A stretch of DNA of 64,000 nt from Bradymonadales bacterium (lineage in GTDB: Bacteria > Myxococcota_A > Bradymonadia > UBA4248), in assembly GCA_041656175.1 (NCBI GenBank), contig JBBAEA010000001.1, positions 7,559 through 71,558 on the forward strand, written 5' to 3'. The notes beneath the pieces were generated by a model, which was not told the origin of the DNA, ran no database searches, and saw nothing but the letters and a program-made list of their open reading frames with translations. Both the position numbers and the translations under genes were made by a program. This document shows, in pieces, positions 29,078-38,838 of this stretch (position 1 is the stretch's first letter; every line of letters starts with the position of its first letter).

Positions 29078-30517
29078 CTATTTAGTATCAAGAGCTTGCT
29101 CTTTCTTCTTATCAACGTGTTCCGTAACGAGTTTGAAGATAATAAGTGCAAATGCTGCTAAAAGAGCAATACCAACGAAGTAATACCAAAGATAATTAGC
29201 GTGTTCGTAGTATTTGGCGAATTCTTCGGGGCTTAGACCTTGAGGTAAAGTGGCGGGGTCTGGGCAATACTTCTCTAGCAAGAAGCCCGAAATAAAGAAG
29301 CCTAGGATTGCGCTAAAAAAGGAGTGAAGGTGCGAAAAACCGAGGTATAAGCCCTCTTCACCCTTTGGCGCTTGTATGGAGAAGAACTCTAAAAAGCGCG
29401 GTGAAATAAAGCACTCAGCTAGCCCTTGTAGGCCGATACCGACGACGAGCATAAGGGTGAAGGGGTGGAAGATGATGCCCGCTAGCGGTATGGCGTTGCC
29501 GGCGAGGTTTTCTAGCCATGGCCCGAGCGACATAGCGAAAGCGGACAATGGCATGATGAACATACCGACAAGCATAGAGTTGATGGCCTTACGCTTTCGC
29601 ATGGCTTGGGTAATAAAAACCACACAAAGCACGACGACGAAGGGATTGACGTTAGCGATCCATTCGGGTTTGGCGGCTTGACCAACGGTGCGGATAACGA
29701 ACTTTGGCATACTCGCGTAGAGTTGCTGCTGAACCGTCCAAAATCCAGCAATAATAAGGGTTAGCGCCAAAAGTCGAGCATTGGTTAGGATGCCGATAAG
29801 GCTACGGGCGAGTTCTTTCGCAGACTTTTGCTCGCTCTCACCTTGGTCGGGGAAGTAGAAAAAGATGGTTATAAGTAGCGCAATGGCGGCGACTGCGGAG
29901 GAGAAAAAGTTAACGTACTCCAGCCCCATACCTTGTCGGATGTAGGGTACAATAACCTTACCGCTAAATGCGCCGATGTTGACAGTCCAATAAAAGAGCG
30001 AAAAGGCGCGGGCGCGGTTGGTTGCGTTGGTCGTTTTAGCGACAGTCCCAGTTATCAGTGGTTTGATAAACGCAGCGCCGAAAACCAATATGATCAAAAA
30101 GCAAATAACCAGTATTTTTGACTCGTTATAGCCCAGAAGAGCGTAGCCGATGGTTAACAAGCTAAAGGCGATAATCATCGATTTTCTAAAACCAATGCGG
30201 TCTGCCAAAACGCCTAAAAACGGGGGAAGTAAATACAAGGTTCCAGAGAAAAGCCCTGCAATAATGCCAGCTTCTATGTCGCTAAAGCCAACAATACTCG
30301 ATAAGTACAGCGTTATGCCGATGAAAAAGCCGTAATAGGCGGCTCTCTCACAGAGTTCCATGGCGTTGGCAAACCAAAATGTTTTGGAAAAACGCCATGA
30401 ACTTTTTTCGCTTTGGCCTTCGGGTTCGGTTGGCATCGCGCCGCCTTCACTAACGATGGCAAAGTCATCTGATTTTTCTACTGAAATATTACTGTCGGTG
30501 TTTTCGTGTGTAGTCAT
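29078..30517 (-). CDS. POT/PTR2 family di-/tripeptide:proton symporter (MFS)
   Basis: ExxERxxYYG signature (ELCERAAYYGF), about 12 TM helices, and the FYxxINxG motif. Confidence 0.75.
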   Translation of the reverse strand: MTTHENTDSNISVEKSDDFAIVSEGGAMPTEPEGQSEKSSWRFSKTFWFANAMELCERAAYYGFFIGITLYLSSIVGFSDIEAGIIAGLFSGTLYLLPPFLGVLADRIGFRKSMIIAFSLLTIGYALLGYNESKILVICFLIILVFGAAFIKPLITGTVAKTTNATNRARAFSLFYWTVNIGAFSGKVIVPYIRQGMGLEYVNFFSSAVAAIALLITIFFYFPDQGESEQKSAKELARSLIGILTNARLLALTLIIAGFWTVQQQLYASMPKFVIRTVGQAAKPEWIANVNPFVVVLCVVFITQAMRKRKAINSMLVGMFIMPLSAFAMSLGPWLENLAGNAIPLAGIIFHPFTLMLVVGIGLQGLAECFISPRFLEFFSIQAPKGEEGLYLGFSHLHSFFSAILGFFISGFLLEKYCPDPATLPQGLSPEEFAKYYEHANYLWYYFVGIALLAAFALIIFKLVTEHVDKKKEQALDTK

Positions 30518-31002
30518 AGCCTTCGGGGTTAAAGAAAAAAAACGTCACTAAAAACGCAGACACAATGTAGGCAAATGTGCGCGAGATCGCAATAGTCGCA
30601 GTTTTCGTCGCGCAGTACGACGCTGCGCTTTTCCAGATAGAGACCTATGCATGGATAGAAGTAGTGAATTTAACTTTACAAATTCGATACAGTTTTAAAC
30701 AAAATGAGACATTTTGTAGAGAAGCATAAGTTAATAATGCTAATCATATAAGACAGGTAGAAGATAGAATGACATTTTATTCGAAAAGCGCTTAAAAGAC
30801 TGTTTTCTTTGGGAAAGGGGGGAAACATCTTTTCTTTGGCACAAAGAAAAGAGTTTCCCCCCGTGCAAAGCTCTCAGATATTGAAAATTAATGTTTCGCC
30901 AGCTTCAAAAAAACAGCTTGCACATTTTAGAAATTTCTACAATGATACAGTCGCGCAAAATTGCGCATAAAATGCTAATGGCACAGGTGTTTCAGGGTTT
31001 AC

Positions 31003-32493
31003 GTGGGTTATTTATTTATCAAACTAAAAGAAGTAGCGACCTCGGTTATTCCGATAACTTTGTTGGCGGTGTTGCTGCACTTTAGCCTAGTTCCTCTACC
31101 GGGCGATCTACTTTGGCGCTTTTTGATATGCGCCATCATTATTATATTAGGTTTAGCGATCTTTTTGACGGGTGCGGATCTTGGCGTACAACTCATGGGT
31201 AAGCTCATGGGTGAGATGGTGGGTAAGAGTAAGCGCGCGAGTAGTGTGGGTTTCATTGGGTTTTTGCTAGGTTTTCTTATAACGATAGCGGAGCCAGATC
31301 TTATTATATTGGGGCAGCAAATAGAGAATGCGAGTGCGGGTGCAGTGAACGCAACATTATTCGTGCTATTTGTGAGTGCAGGTGTGGGTTTAACGGTTGC
31401 ATTAGGTTTATACCGAATTTTGCTCAATGCCTCTTACCGCGTCATGATGGCAGCTTGCTACATGCTCGTGTTATTTTTAGCCATCGCTATAAGCCCAGAG
31501 TTTTTGGCCTTTAGCTTCGATGCATCGGGTGCAACGACGGGTGCGATGACCACGCCGTTTATTTTGGCAGTTGGTGTGGGTATTTCGCAGTTGCGCCAAG
31601 GTCGTAGTGCGGACGAGGATAGCTTTGGCATGGTCGGCATGATGAGCGTGGGGCCGATTTTGGCCGTTATGCTGATGGCTATTTTTTTGGGTTTTGGGAG
31701 TTTGGACGCTCCATCTCAAGAAGCGGAGCTCAGCAGCGGCGTCGTGGGACCTATACTCGCCTTGTTCCCTCATACAACGCTTGAGTGTTTGATGGCGATC
31801 GCGCCCATTAGTGCACTTTTTTTTGTGGCAAACCTATTACGTATAAAAGCGAATCGCTACGATTTACTCCAAATTATTCGCGGTTTGCTTTACGCGTTTG
31901 TGGGTTTAATTCTGTTTTTAGTTGCTGTGAGTGCTGGTTTTTTGGAAACAGGGCAATACGTCGGTAAGGCTTTAGCTCTTATTGATTATAGTTTTTTACT
32001 ACCCGCTGTAGGCCTTGTACTTGGATTGGTTGTCGTTTTGGCGGAGCCCGCTGTCTATGTACTTTGTACTCAGGTACAGGATGTCACGGCGGGTCACATT
32101 TCACGGAAAATCTTACTTATTGCTTTATCCTTAGGAGTCGGGCTTGCTGTTTGCTTATCGATGCTTCGCATTATTATTGAGCCCTTGCACTTGTGGCATA
32201 TTCTTTTGCCAGGCTTCATGATCGCGGTAGCTTTATCGTTTTATGTGCCGCCCTTGTTTGTGGGTATTGCCTATGATGCAGGCGGTGTTGCCAGTGGCCC
32301 GATGACGGCAACCTTTATTTTAGCACTTACTCAAGGGGCAGCATTTAACACGGAAACGGCCAATATTTTGGCAGATGGCTTTGGGGTTATAGCAACTGTT
32401 GCGATGACGCCCATTATTGCTATATTAACGCTGGGTGCCATTTATAAGCTCAAGACTCAAAAGATGGCCAGAAACAAAGGTGTAGAAGCATGA
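31003..32493 (+). CDS. DUF1538-family polytopic membrane protein
   Basis: Two internally repeated halves of about 230 aa, each with multiple TM helices. Forms an overlapping 4-nt junction with the downstream P-II-like gene. Confidence 0.5.
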   Translation: MGYLFIKLKEVATSVIPITLLAVLLHFSLVPLPGDLLWRFLICAIIIILGLAIFLTGADLGVQLMGKLMGEMVGKSKRASSVGFIGFLLGFLITIAEPDLIILGQQIENASAGAVNATLFVLFVSAGVGLTVALGLYRILLNASYRVMMAACYMLVLFLAIAISPEFLAFSFDASGATTGAMTTPFILAVGVGISQLRQGRSADEDSFGMVGMMSVGPILAVMLMAIFLGFGSLDAPSQEAELSSGVVGPILALFPHTTLECLMAIAPISALFFVANLLRIKANRYDLLQIIRGLLYAFVGLILFLVAVSAGFLETGQYVGKALALIDYSFLLPAVGLVLGLVVVLAEPAVYVLCTQVQDVTAGHISRKILLIALSLGVGLAVCLSMLRIIIEPLHLWHILLPGFMIAVALSFYVPPLFVGIAYDAGGVASGPMTATFILALTQGAAFNTETANILADGFGVIATVAMTPIIAILTLGAIYKLKTQKMARNKGVEA

Positions 32494-33152
32494 TCGCTCT
32501 TCAAGCATTGTTCGTCATTGTCAATGAAGGTAAAGCCTCAAAAATTAGCGATTATGCTCGCAGTATTGGCGCGCCTGGTGCAACGATCGTGCGCGGCCAA
32601 GGTTCGCTCCCCAACCGAATTCTTTGCTTCTTTGGGCTTGAGCGCATGCAGAAGGAAATTCTATTACTCGTCTTAAGCGACGATCAACATAAGTATGTTT
32701 TTGATAAAATCTGCACAAAATTTTGTTTTGAGAAGAATCGTAGGGGAATTGCATTCACCGTACCCGTAGACTACCACTTGGCTGTTAAACGTTTGCCAAC
32801 CCAAGAGAAGCCCATGCAAAGTAAAGACCTTAACCAAGGACCGCATCTCATCGTTACCATCGTAGATCGCGGCAATGCTCAAAACGTTATTGAGAGTGCC
32901 AATGCCGCGGGCGCCAAAGGCGCTACTATATTACACGCCAGAGGCTCCGGGATTGAAGAGAGCGAAGCTTTTTTTGACATCAAAATCCAGCCAGAAAAAG
33001 ACGTTATCCTCATTGTTGCCCCATCGTCTTTGGTCATGAACATTTGTAACAATATAAGCGAAAAAGCGAATTTGCACGAAAACGGTAGAGGAATACTCTT
33101 TACGCTCCCTATCAAAGATGCCGCGGGCGTTGTGGCGCTGCAAAATCAGTAG
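32490..33152 (+). CDS. P-II-like protein with two tandem P-II/DUF190-like domains
   Basis: Two about 100-aa repeats with similar patterns (LFVIVNEGKASKISDYARSIGAPGATIVRGQGS and LIVTIVDRGNAQNVIESANAAGAKGATILHARGSG). Coupled to the DUF1538 gene. Confidence 0.5.
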   Translation: MIALQALFVIVNEGKASKISDYARSIGAPGATIVRGQGSLPNRILCFFGLERMQKEILLLVLSDDQHKYVFDKICTKFCFEKNRRGIAFTVPVDYHLAVKRLPTQEKPMQSKDLNQGPHLIVTIVDRGNAQNVIESANAAGAKGATILHARGSGIEESEAFFDIKIQPEKDVILIVAPSSLVMNICNNISEKANLHENGRGILFTLPIKDAAGVVALQNQ

Positions 33153-33229
33153 TTCGTAAGCCTAAACTCTGCTTGTGGCTGCAGTTTTGCTAGCGGCGTT
33201 TTATGGTGAAACATTTCATAGGAGCAAGA

Positions 33230-33691
33230 ATGAAAAATTACCTCATAATTGCAGTTTTTGCCGTTTTGTGCGTGACTGCATGCTCTACGTCGAAAAAAAC
33301 ACAAAAAACGGATAGCTTACAAGCTAAAATTCAGTCTGAAGAACTCGCTCCCGTTGACGAGTCCCTCGAGGAACTTGATGAGGAGAATCTTGCCGCTAAG
33401 AAGGACTACGAGGATCTGAAGTCGCTCGTTCTTAACCGGATCGATCTCACGGCGAGTCATGGTGAAGGAAGCGGGAGGATAGAGATTGTTATTAATAACA
33501 ATAACGTTATTATGCTCAATGGAACGGCAATGTCCAAAAACACTGCTAGCAATTATCTTGAGCGAGAATTGCCCGCGCTCTGCACGCCTAACCCCAGTAT
33601 CAAAGTTGAAGAGCAGGCAGACTACGAAATTGCAAGCTGGATACTCGAAAAGATCTACTCTTTGGGCTGTACGAATGTTGATTTGCTGTAA
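33230..33691 (+). CDS. Hypothetical lipoprotein
   Basis: Signal peptide with a lipobox (LCVTAC-S). No domain assigned. Confidence 0.4.
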   Translation: MKNYLIIAVFAVLCVTACSTSKKTQKTDSLQAKIQSEELAPVDESLEELDEENLAAKKDYEDLKSLVLNRIDLTASHGEGSGRIEIVINNNNVIMLNGTAMSKNTASNYLERELPALCTPNPSIKVEEQADYEIASWILEKIYSLGCTNVDLL

Positions 33692-33716
33692 GCGAGATTC
33701 TTATCAGTTCTTCACT

Positions 33717-33860
33717 GAGGAGGTAGCGCGGGATCGCCGAGAAATACGACCAATGAGCGAATCTTATGCTTTGGTTTGGCGAATAGCCGAAACAAAGCAT
33801 AAGATAATCGCGAATTGGTTGTATTTTGAGGAAGCCCGCGCGTAGGGGGAAACTTCCCCC
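33717..33860. repeat. MITE-like element, family 1
   Basis: GAGGAGGTAGCGCGGGATCGCCGAG ... palindrome TTATGCTTTGGTTTGGCGAATAGCCGAAACAAAGCATAA ... GAGGAAGCCCGCGCGTAGGGGGaaacttCCCCC. Confidence 0.85.
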
Positions 33861-33888
33861 AAAAAAATGCAGAACAAGCAGCTTTGGC

Positions 33889-35388
33889 TTAAAACACGTT
33901 TGCCATGATGTCGCGTCCGAGTGCGGCTTTTAGGGCGATGAGTGAGAGTTGGGCTTGGATGGTTTTTGCGACGTAGCCGATATTTGCCTGCGTAAAGTTG
34001 CGTTGTGCGTCGCTGAGGTCGATGAAGGTGGCGGCGCCGTTTTTGTAGGCGGCTTCGGTTAGGGCCATGGCTTCGGCAGCGAGTTCGACTTGGCGCTTGG
34101 CGTTATCGACGGCGAGTACGGTGGAGAAATATTCGCGTTTGGCCTTGCGTACGGCGAGTTTGGTGTTCAGTTCGATGCGTTGGAGGGAGAGTTCGCTCTC
34201 TTTGAGGGCGGCTTTTTGCTCGTCGAGGGCACCGAATTTTGAGTAGTCAAAAAGCGGGATGGAGAGGTTTAGGGCGAGTGTCCATGAGAGGCGGTCGGTG
34301 CTGCCCATGCCCGCGGGTTTTGTCAGGGAGTAGTTGGCTACCCAAGCGCCTGTTAAAGAGGGGTAGAAGTCGGCGATGGTGGCGCGGCGTTGCAACTCTT
34401 GGAGGCGCATGGTGGCGCGAGTCACTTGCATTTCGCGATTTTGTTGCAGGGCTTCAGTGATGATGAGTTCGTCGTCGAAGTTTTCGACAGCGGCGAGGGG
34501 GACTGGTACGGGGACTGGGAGGCCTTCACTGTTAGTGATGCCAGCCAAGGCGTCTCGCGCGCCTTCATAGTTCCAGATAGCGTCGATGAGGGCTTGGCGA
34601 TTGTTTTCGACATTGAACTGCGCTTGGATCAGATCGAGGCGTACGCCTACGCCAGCTTCTAGGCGCTTTTGGGTTAAGTCGAGACGTTCTAGCGCCGAAC
34701 TTAATTGTTCGTGTTGAATTTTAACGACTTCGCCAGTCATTAGTGCCGCTAAGTAAGTTTGCGCGACGCCCGCTAAAAGTGCCTGTCGTCCTTGTTCTAT
34801 ACCGAGTGCCGTCACTTTGGACGCTTCGCTCGCCATGTGTAGTCGAATCCAGCTTGCGACGTTGATGAGGTTCATACCGAAGGTGAGGCTCGCGGTTACG
34901 GAATCGGCGGAGGCGAGTGGGATTTTCATGCCCATGATTTCTGCTTCGGGAGTTTTACCCAAGTGTGCCCACTGGACCGTGCCGCTGATGTTTGGCAGCG
35001 CAATAGCCCAAGCTTGTTTTAGCTTTGCCTCAGCGATTTCGAGTTTGGTGTGCGCGGCCTGCAAGTCGAGGTTTTGAGCGTCAGCCGCTAAGAGTGCTTG
35101 ACTTAGTGTCATGCGGGGGCCAGGCTTAATTTCGCAGGTTTCTGGTATCATCTCCAGCAGAGCGCTAAAGTTTTCCTCGCCTGGTAGTGTTTGCATCACG
35201 ACGGGCGCGATAGCGATGTTGAGCGAATCTGCATGCTCTGTACTCGCTTGTTCCTCAGCGTTGTGGTGCTTTAGTGTTTGTTCCGTGGCTGCGTCGGGAA
35301 CTTCATTGTTATTGGTGTTTTGTGCAAATGCGTAAGTGTATTGGCTTATGATTAACGCGATTGCGCTTAGAATTGCTAATTTTTTCAT
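33889..35388 (-). CDS. TolC-like outer membrane efflux protein (OMF) of the RND system
   Basis: Signal peptide, two tandem OEP repeats, and the 4-nt overlap with the upstream RND pump gene. Confidence 0.8.
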   Translation of the reverse strand: MKKLAILSAIALIISQYTYAFAQNTNNNEVPDAATEQTLKHHNAEEQASTEHADSLNIAIAPVVMQTLPGEENFSALLEMIPETCEIKPGPRMTLSQALLAADAQNLDLQAAHTKLEIAEAKLKQAWAIALPNISGTVQWAHLGKTPEAEIMGMKIPLASADSVTASLTFGMNLINVASWIRLHMASEASKVTALGIEQGRQALLAGVAQTYLAALMTGEVVKIQHEQLSSALERLDLTQKRLEAGVGVRLDLIQAQFNVENNRQALIDAIWNYEGARDALAGITNSEGLPVPVPVPLAAVENFDDELIITEALQQNREMQVTRATMRLQELQRRATIADFYPSLTGAWVANYSLTKPAGMGSTDRLSWTLALNLSIPLFDYSKFGALDEQKAALKESELSLQRIELNTKLAVRKAKREYFSTVLAVDNAKRQVELAAEAMALTEAAYKNGAATFIDLSDAQRNFTQANIGYVAKTIQAQLSLIALKAALGRDIMANVF

Positions 35389-38300
35389 GCTTTTGCCTGT
35401 GCTTCGATTTGTACTTTTGCTTGCTCAGCTTCTTCATCATCCTCGCTATAAATGGTTATCGTTTTAGCCGCGAAGAACGTGTACATGATGGGAACGATAA
35501 ATAGGGTTAGGAAGGTAGCCGATGTCAGGCCGCCGATAACGGTGACGGCCATGCCGCTCCACATTTCGGAGCCTTCGCTAATACTTAGGCTAAGTGGCAC
35601 CATAGAGAAGATGGTTCCCAGAGCGGTCATGAGAATCGGGCGAAGTCGGGTACGTGCGGCTACAACGATGGCATCAAACTTATTGAGATGCTCGTCGCGG
35701 CGGTACTGGTTTGCCGCGTCAACCATAATGATTCCATTATTTACGACTATACCGACAAGTATGATGCAACCGATAAGCGAGGCAATGTTGATCTGCTTAC
35801 CCGAAATGAGGAAAGCCACGATAACCCCCATAAAGGCCAAAGGCACGGTAAATAAGATAATAAACGGTTCTCGGAAGGATTCGAACTGGCTGGCCATGAC
35901 CATGTATACGAGGCAAATCGACACAATAATCGCTAAGCCAAGGTACATAAAGGAAGTGGCGAAGTCATCGGCGGTTCCGCCTATTTCGTAGCGCCACGTC
36001 GATTCGGCGTTCTCTCGCTTGAGTGAATCCATGTACTCCTTAACTTTGTTGATAGAGTACTCCATGTTTTTGATTTGTACAGTTCCATCGTCGTTTTGGT
36101 AAGAGTTTTTGAGCGTAATCGCAACGGTTTGGTAGCGCGCTTGGTTTTTTCGCAAGATTTCTGCAGGCCCCAATCCTTGTTGCACAGAGGCGATGCTAGA
36201 GAGCATAACGACGTCACCCGATTGTGTTTCTATAGGCATACGCCCTATATCGCTGAGATCGCTGCGGTATGGCTTATCATAACGCAGTTTAATATCGAAC
36301 TCATCCCCGCCCTCTGAATAGTAGGACGCCGTAACGCCTCGAAAGTAGATGGTAATCGCCGTGCTAACCAATGCCGTTGATAATCCTAGTTCGCTCATCT
36401 TTTTGCGGTCAAAGATAACCTGAACCTCAGGTTTCTGCTCCTCCATCGAAAGCGAAATATCGGCTATGTCATTCTCTTTTAACAAATTGAGCTTAACGTC
36501 TTTAGCCAGTTTACGTGTAACGTCAATGTCGTCGTCGTAAATCTCGATAAGCACGTCGCCTTGCGCGCCCCCCATGTTGTTCATGCCCTGTACTTGGTAG
36601 CTGATGCCAGGTACGTCGCGCAAAGAGTCACGCAGTTCGTCCATAAACTCGAAGGTAGACTTCTCGCGCGTCTTCGGCTTGTTGAGGGGGATACGTATGG
36701 TGGCGCCGTGTACGCCGACAGAGCCAATCGCCGCAAAACCAGTGTCTGCCGCTCCCACGTCGATTGAAATCATTCTTCTATCTTTTTCGGGGATGATTTC
36801 ACGCACCTTATCAAGGACTTCCTCGGTAATGCGGTAGGTAGAACTCACGTCGTTGCCCATTTCGGTGGTCAACTTAATCATGACCATCGAGTCGTCGGTA
36901 GCCGCCATAAAGTCTTTGGGGATGTACTTTACAAAAACGTAGATGGCCAGCGCAAAGAAAACAAGTGTAGGCATGATGATAAGCAAGCGGTGGTTAACGC
37001 AAAAGCGCACAGATTTTTCATAAAATGCGCGCATCTTTTGGGTGGTGGCTCCCGTTTTCATCCTCGTTTCATCGCGCTTAAAGCGTTTTGAGCTGAGCAA
37101 AAAGAACGAAGTCATCGGAACGAACGTGATGGCAACAAACAGTGAAACGAGCAGTGATGCACAAACCGTAAGTGCTAAATCTTTAAAAATAACCCCCGCA
37201 ATACCGGGTACGAAAAGTATGGGCACAAAGACAGCGAGCGTTGTAAGGGTTGAAGCGACGATGGCTAGAAGCACTTGATCGCTACCGCGTGTGGCGGCGT
37301 AAAAGGAATTCCTCCCCTCTTCATGGTGTCGAAACACGTTCTCTAAAACAACAATCGCGTTATCAACGAGCATACCCACCGCAAGCGCTAAACCCGCCAT
37401 TGACATGACGTTAAGCGTCATACCCAGTGAGCTCATCACGCCAAAGGTGGCAAAAACGCTTGTCGGTATCGCTGTTGCGACGATTAGCGAGGGGAAGATG
37501 CGCCTAAAGAAGAAGAGAAGGACGAAGAAGACTATGATAACGGCAAATACCGCTGTTTCGCCCAAGTTAGAAAGCGCGATATTGATGTGCTCGGATTGAT
37601 CAAAAATAATGCGATAATCTAGCCCCTGCTGCGTTGCCAAAACATCGGGTAAAACCTTAATAAGCGCCTCGGCAGCTTCAACGGTATTGGCGCCCGACTG
37701 CTTGCGCGCCAACATTAAAACACTAGACTTCCCATCGGTTTCTAAAATCCGACGAATCTCCTCCACCCCATCTTCGATATCCGCAATATCTCGCAAGCGA
37801 ATCGGAATAAGCGCCCCGCTATCGCTATAGCCCATCCCCAGCAAAACCTCCCCAATCTCGTCGATACTCCTATACTTGCCCCAAGTCTGGATGTTCCAAT
37901 CCATCCCCGCACTCTCGATGTAACCACCCACAGACTGCTTATTCTCTGCCGCCAAAACCTGCATAATCGTTAGCGGCGACACCTTATACGCCTCTAGCTT
38001 AGACGGATTTAGCTTAACCTTAATCTCCCGCTTCTCGCCTCCCGCAACGTCCACCGCCGAAATGCCCACCACGCGCTCCAAGCGCGGTTTAAGCTCATCT
38101 TCCGCGATCTTTCGAAGCTCCGCCATCGAATAGTCGCCCACCAGGTTAAACATCACAATCGGCTGCATCGACGGGTCGATCGCAAAAATCAAGGGTTTCT
38201 CAACCTCATCAGGCAAATTCACCAATTCAAGGCGTCGCCGTGTATCCGTCTCGGCCTTGTCCATGTCGTAGCCCCAATTAAACTCCAGCATCAACAAGGA

Positions 38301-38573
38301 AATGCTGTTTTTTGAGGTCGAATTCAAATTCTTGAGCCCCTGCACCGATACCGCAGCTTCTTCAAGCGGCCGCGTAATCAATGTCTCGATGTCCGCTGGG
38401 CTAGCACCTATGTATGAGGTCATAACTAAAACGTACGGCACCTCCATGTCTGGGTATAAGTCCACGCGCAAACGATATAGCGAGAAGACGCCAAAGAACA
38501 TGACCAAAATATACACCATAACGAGGGTCACGCGTCGGCGCACCGAAAACTCTGGTACCGTCATTTCAATCAC
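35385..38573 (-). CDS. RND efflux pump permease (AcrB/CzcA superfamily)
   Basis: 1062 aa, 12-TM RND architecture with two large periplasmic loops. Flanked by MFP and OMF genes. Confidence 0.9.
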   Translation of the reverse strand: MIEMTVPEFSVRRRVTLVMVYILVMFFGVFSLYRLRVDLYPDMEVPYVLVMTSYIGASPADIETLITRPLEEAAVSVQGLKNLNSTSKNSISLLMLEFNWGYDMDKAETDTRRRLELVNLPDEVEKPLIFAIDPSMQPIVMFNLVGDYSMAELRKIAEDELKPRLERVVGISAVDVAGGEKREIKVKLNPSKLEAYKVSPLTIMQVLAAENKQSVGGYIESAGMDWNIQTWGKYRSIDEIGEVLLGMGYSDSGALIPIRLRDIADIEDGVEEIRRILETDGKSSVLMLARKQSGANTVEAAEALIKVLPDVLATQQGLDYRIIFDQSEHINIALSNLGETAVFAVIIVFFVLLFFFRRIFPSLIVATAIPTSVFATFGVMSSLGMTLNVMSMAGLALAVGMLVDNAIVVLENVFRHHEEGRNSFYAATRGSDQVLLAIVASTLTTLAVFVPILFVPGIAGVIFKDLALTVCASLLVSLFVAITFVPMTSFFLLSSKRFKRDETRMKTGATTQKMRAFYEKSVRFCVNHRLLIIMPTLVFFALAIYVFVKYIPKDFMAATDDSMVMIKLTTEMGNDVSSTYRITEEVLDKVREIIPEKDRRMISIDVGAADTGFAAIGSVGVHGATIRIPLNKPKTREKSTFEFMDELRDSLRDVPGISYQVQGMNNMGGAQGDVLIEIYDDDIDVTRKLAKDVKLNLLKENDIADISLSMEEQKPEVQVIFDRKKMSELGLSTALVSTAITIYFRGVTASYYSEGGDEFDIKLRYDKPYRSDLSDIGRMPIETQSGDVVMLSSIASVQQGLGPAEILRKNQARYQTVAITLKNSYQNDDGTVQIKNMEYSINKVKEYMDSLKRENAESTWRYEIGGTADDFATSFMYLGLAIIVSICLVYMVMASQFESFREPFIILFTVPLAFMGVIVAFLISGKQINIASLIGCIILVGIVVNNGIIMVDAANQYRRDEHLNKFDAIVVAARTRLRPILMTALGTIFSMVPLSLSISEGSEMWSGMAVTVIGGLTSATFLTLFIVPIMYTFFAAKTITIYSEDDEEAEQAKVQIEAQAKA

Positions 38574-38595
38574 CTTTTTTAGTGTTAAAAAGCAG

Positions 38596-38730
38596 TTTAT
38601 TCTGCTGGGGGGACAACCCCCCTACGCTCAAACCCGCACTGTGTGCGGTTTTGCGCTACCCCCCGAGCGGGGCTTGAACGCCTGCGGCGTTCCGCAGCGC
38701 CCCGCAACGCCCCCCGCGCTTCGCGCGATA
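38596..38730. repeat. MITE-like element, family 1 short/GC-rich subtype, inserted between the MFP and RND genes of the efflux operon
   Basis: GGGGGGacaaCCCCCCTACGCTCAAACCCGCACTGTGTGCGG...GCGCTACCCCCC plus a GCCTGCGGCGTTCCGCAGCGC hairpin. Confidence 0.75.
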
Positions 38731-38838
38731 GCTCGCAACGTTGCTAAGCAGCAACAAAACGAATCCCCCCTAAATATTTTGCTCCTGATTTCGGTATCCC
38801 AAAACCAAGGGCATGAAGTGAAACTAAAGTTCTTTGTT

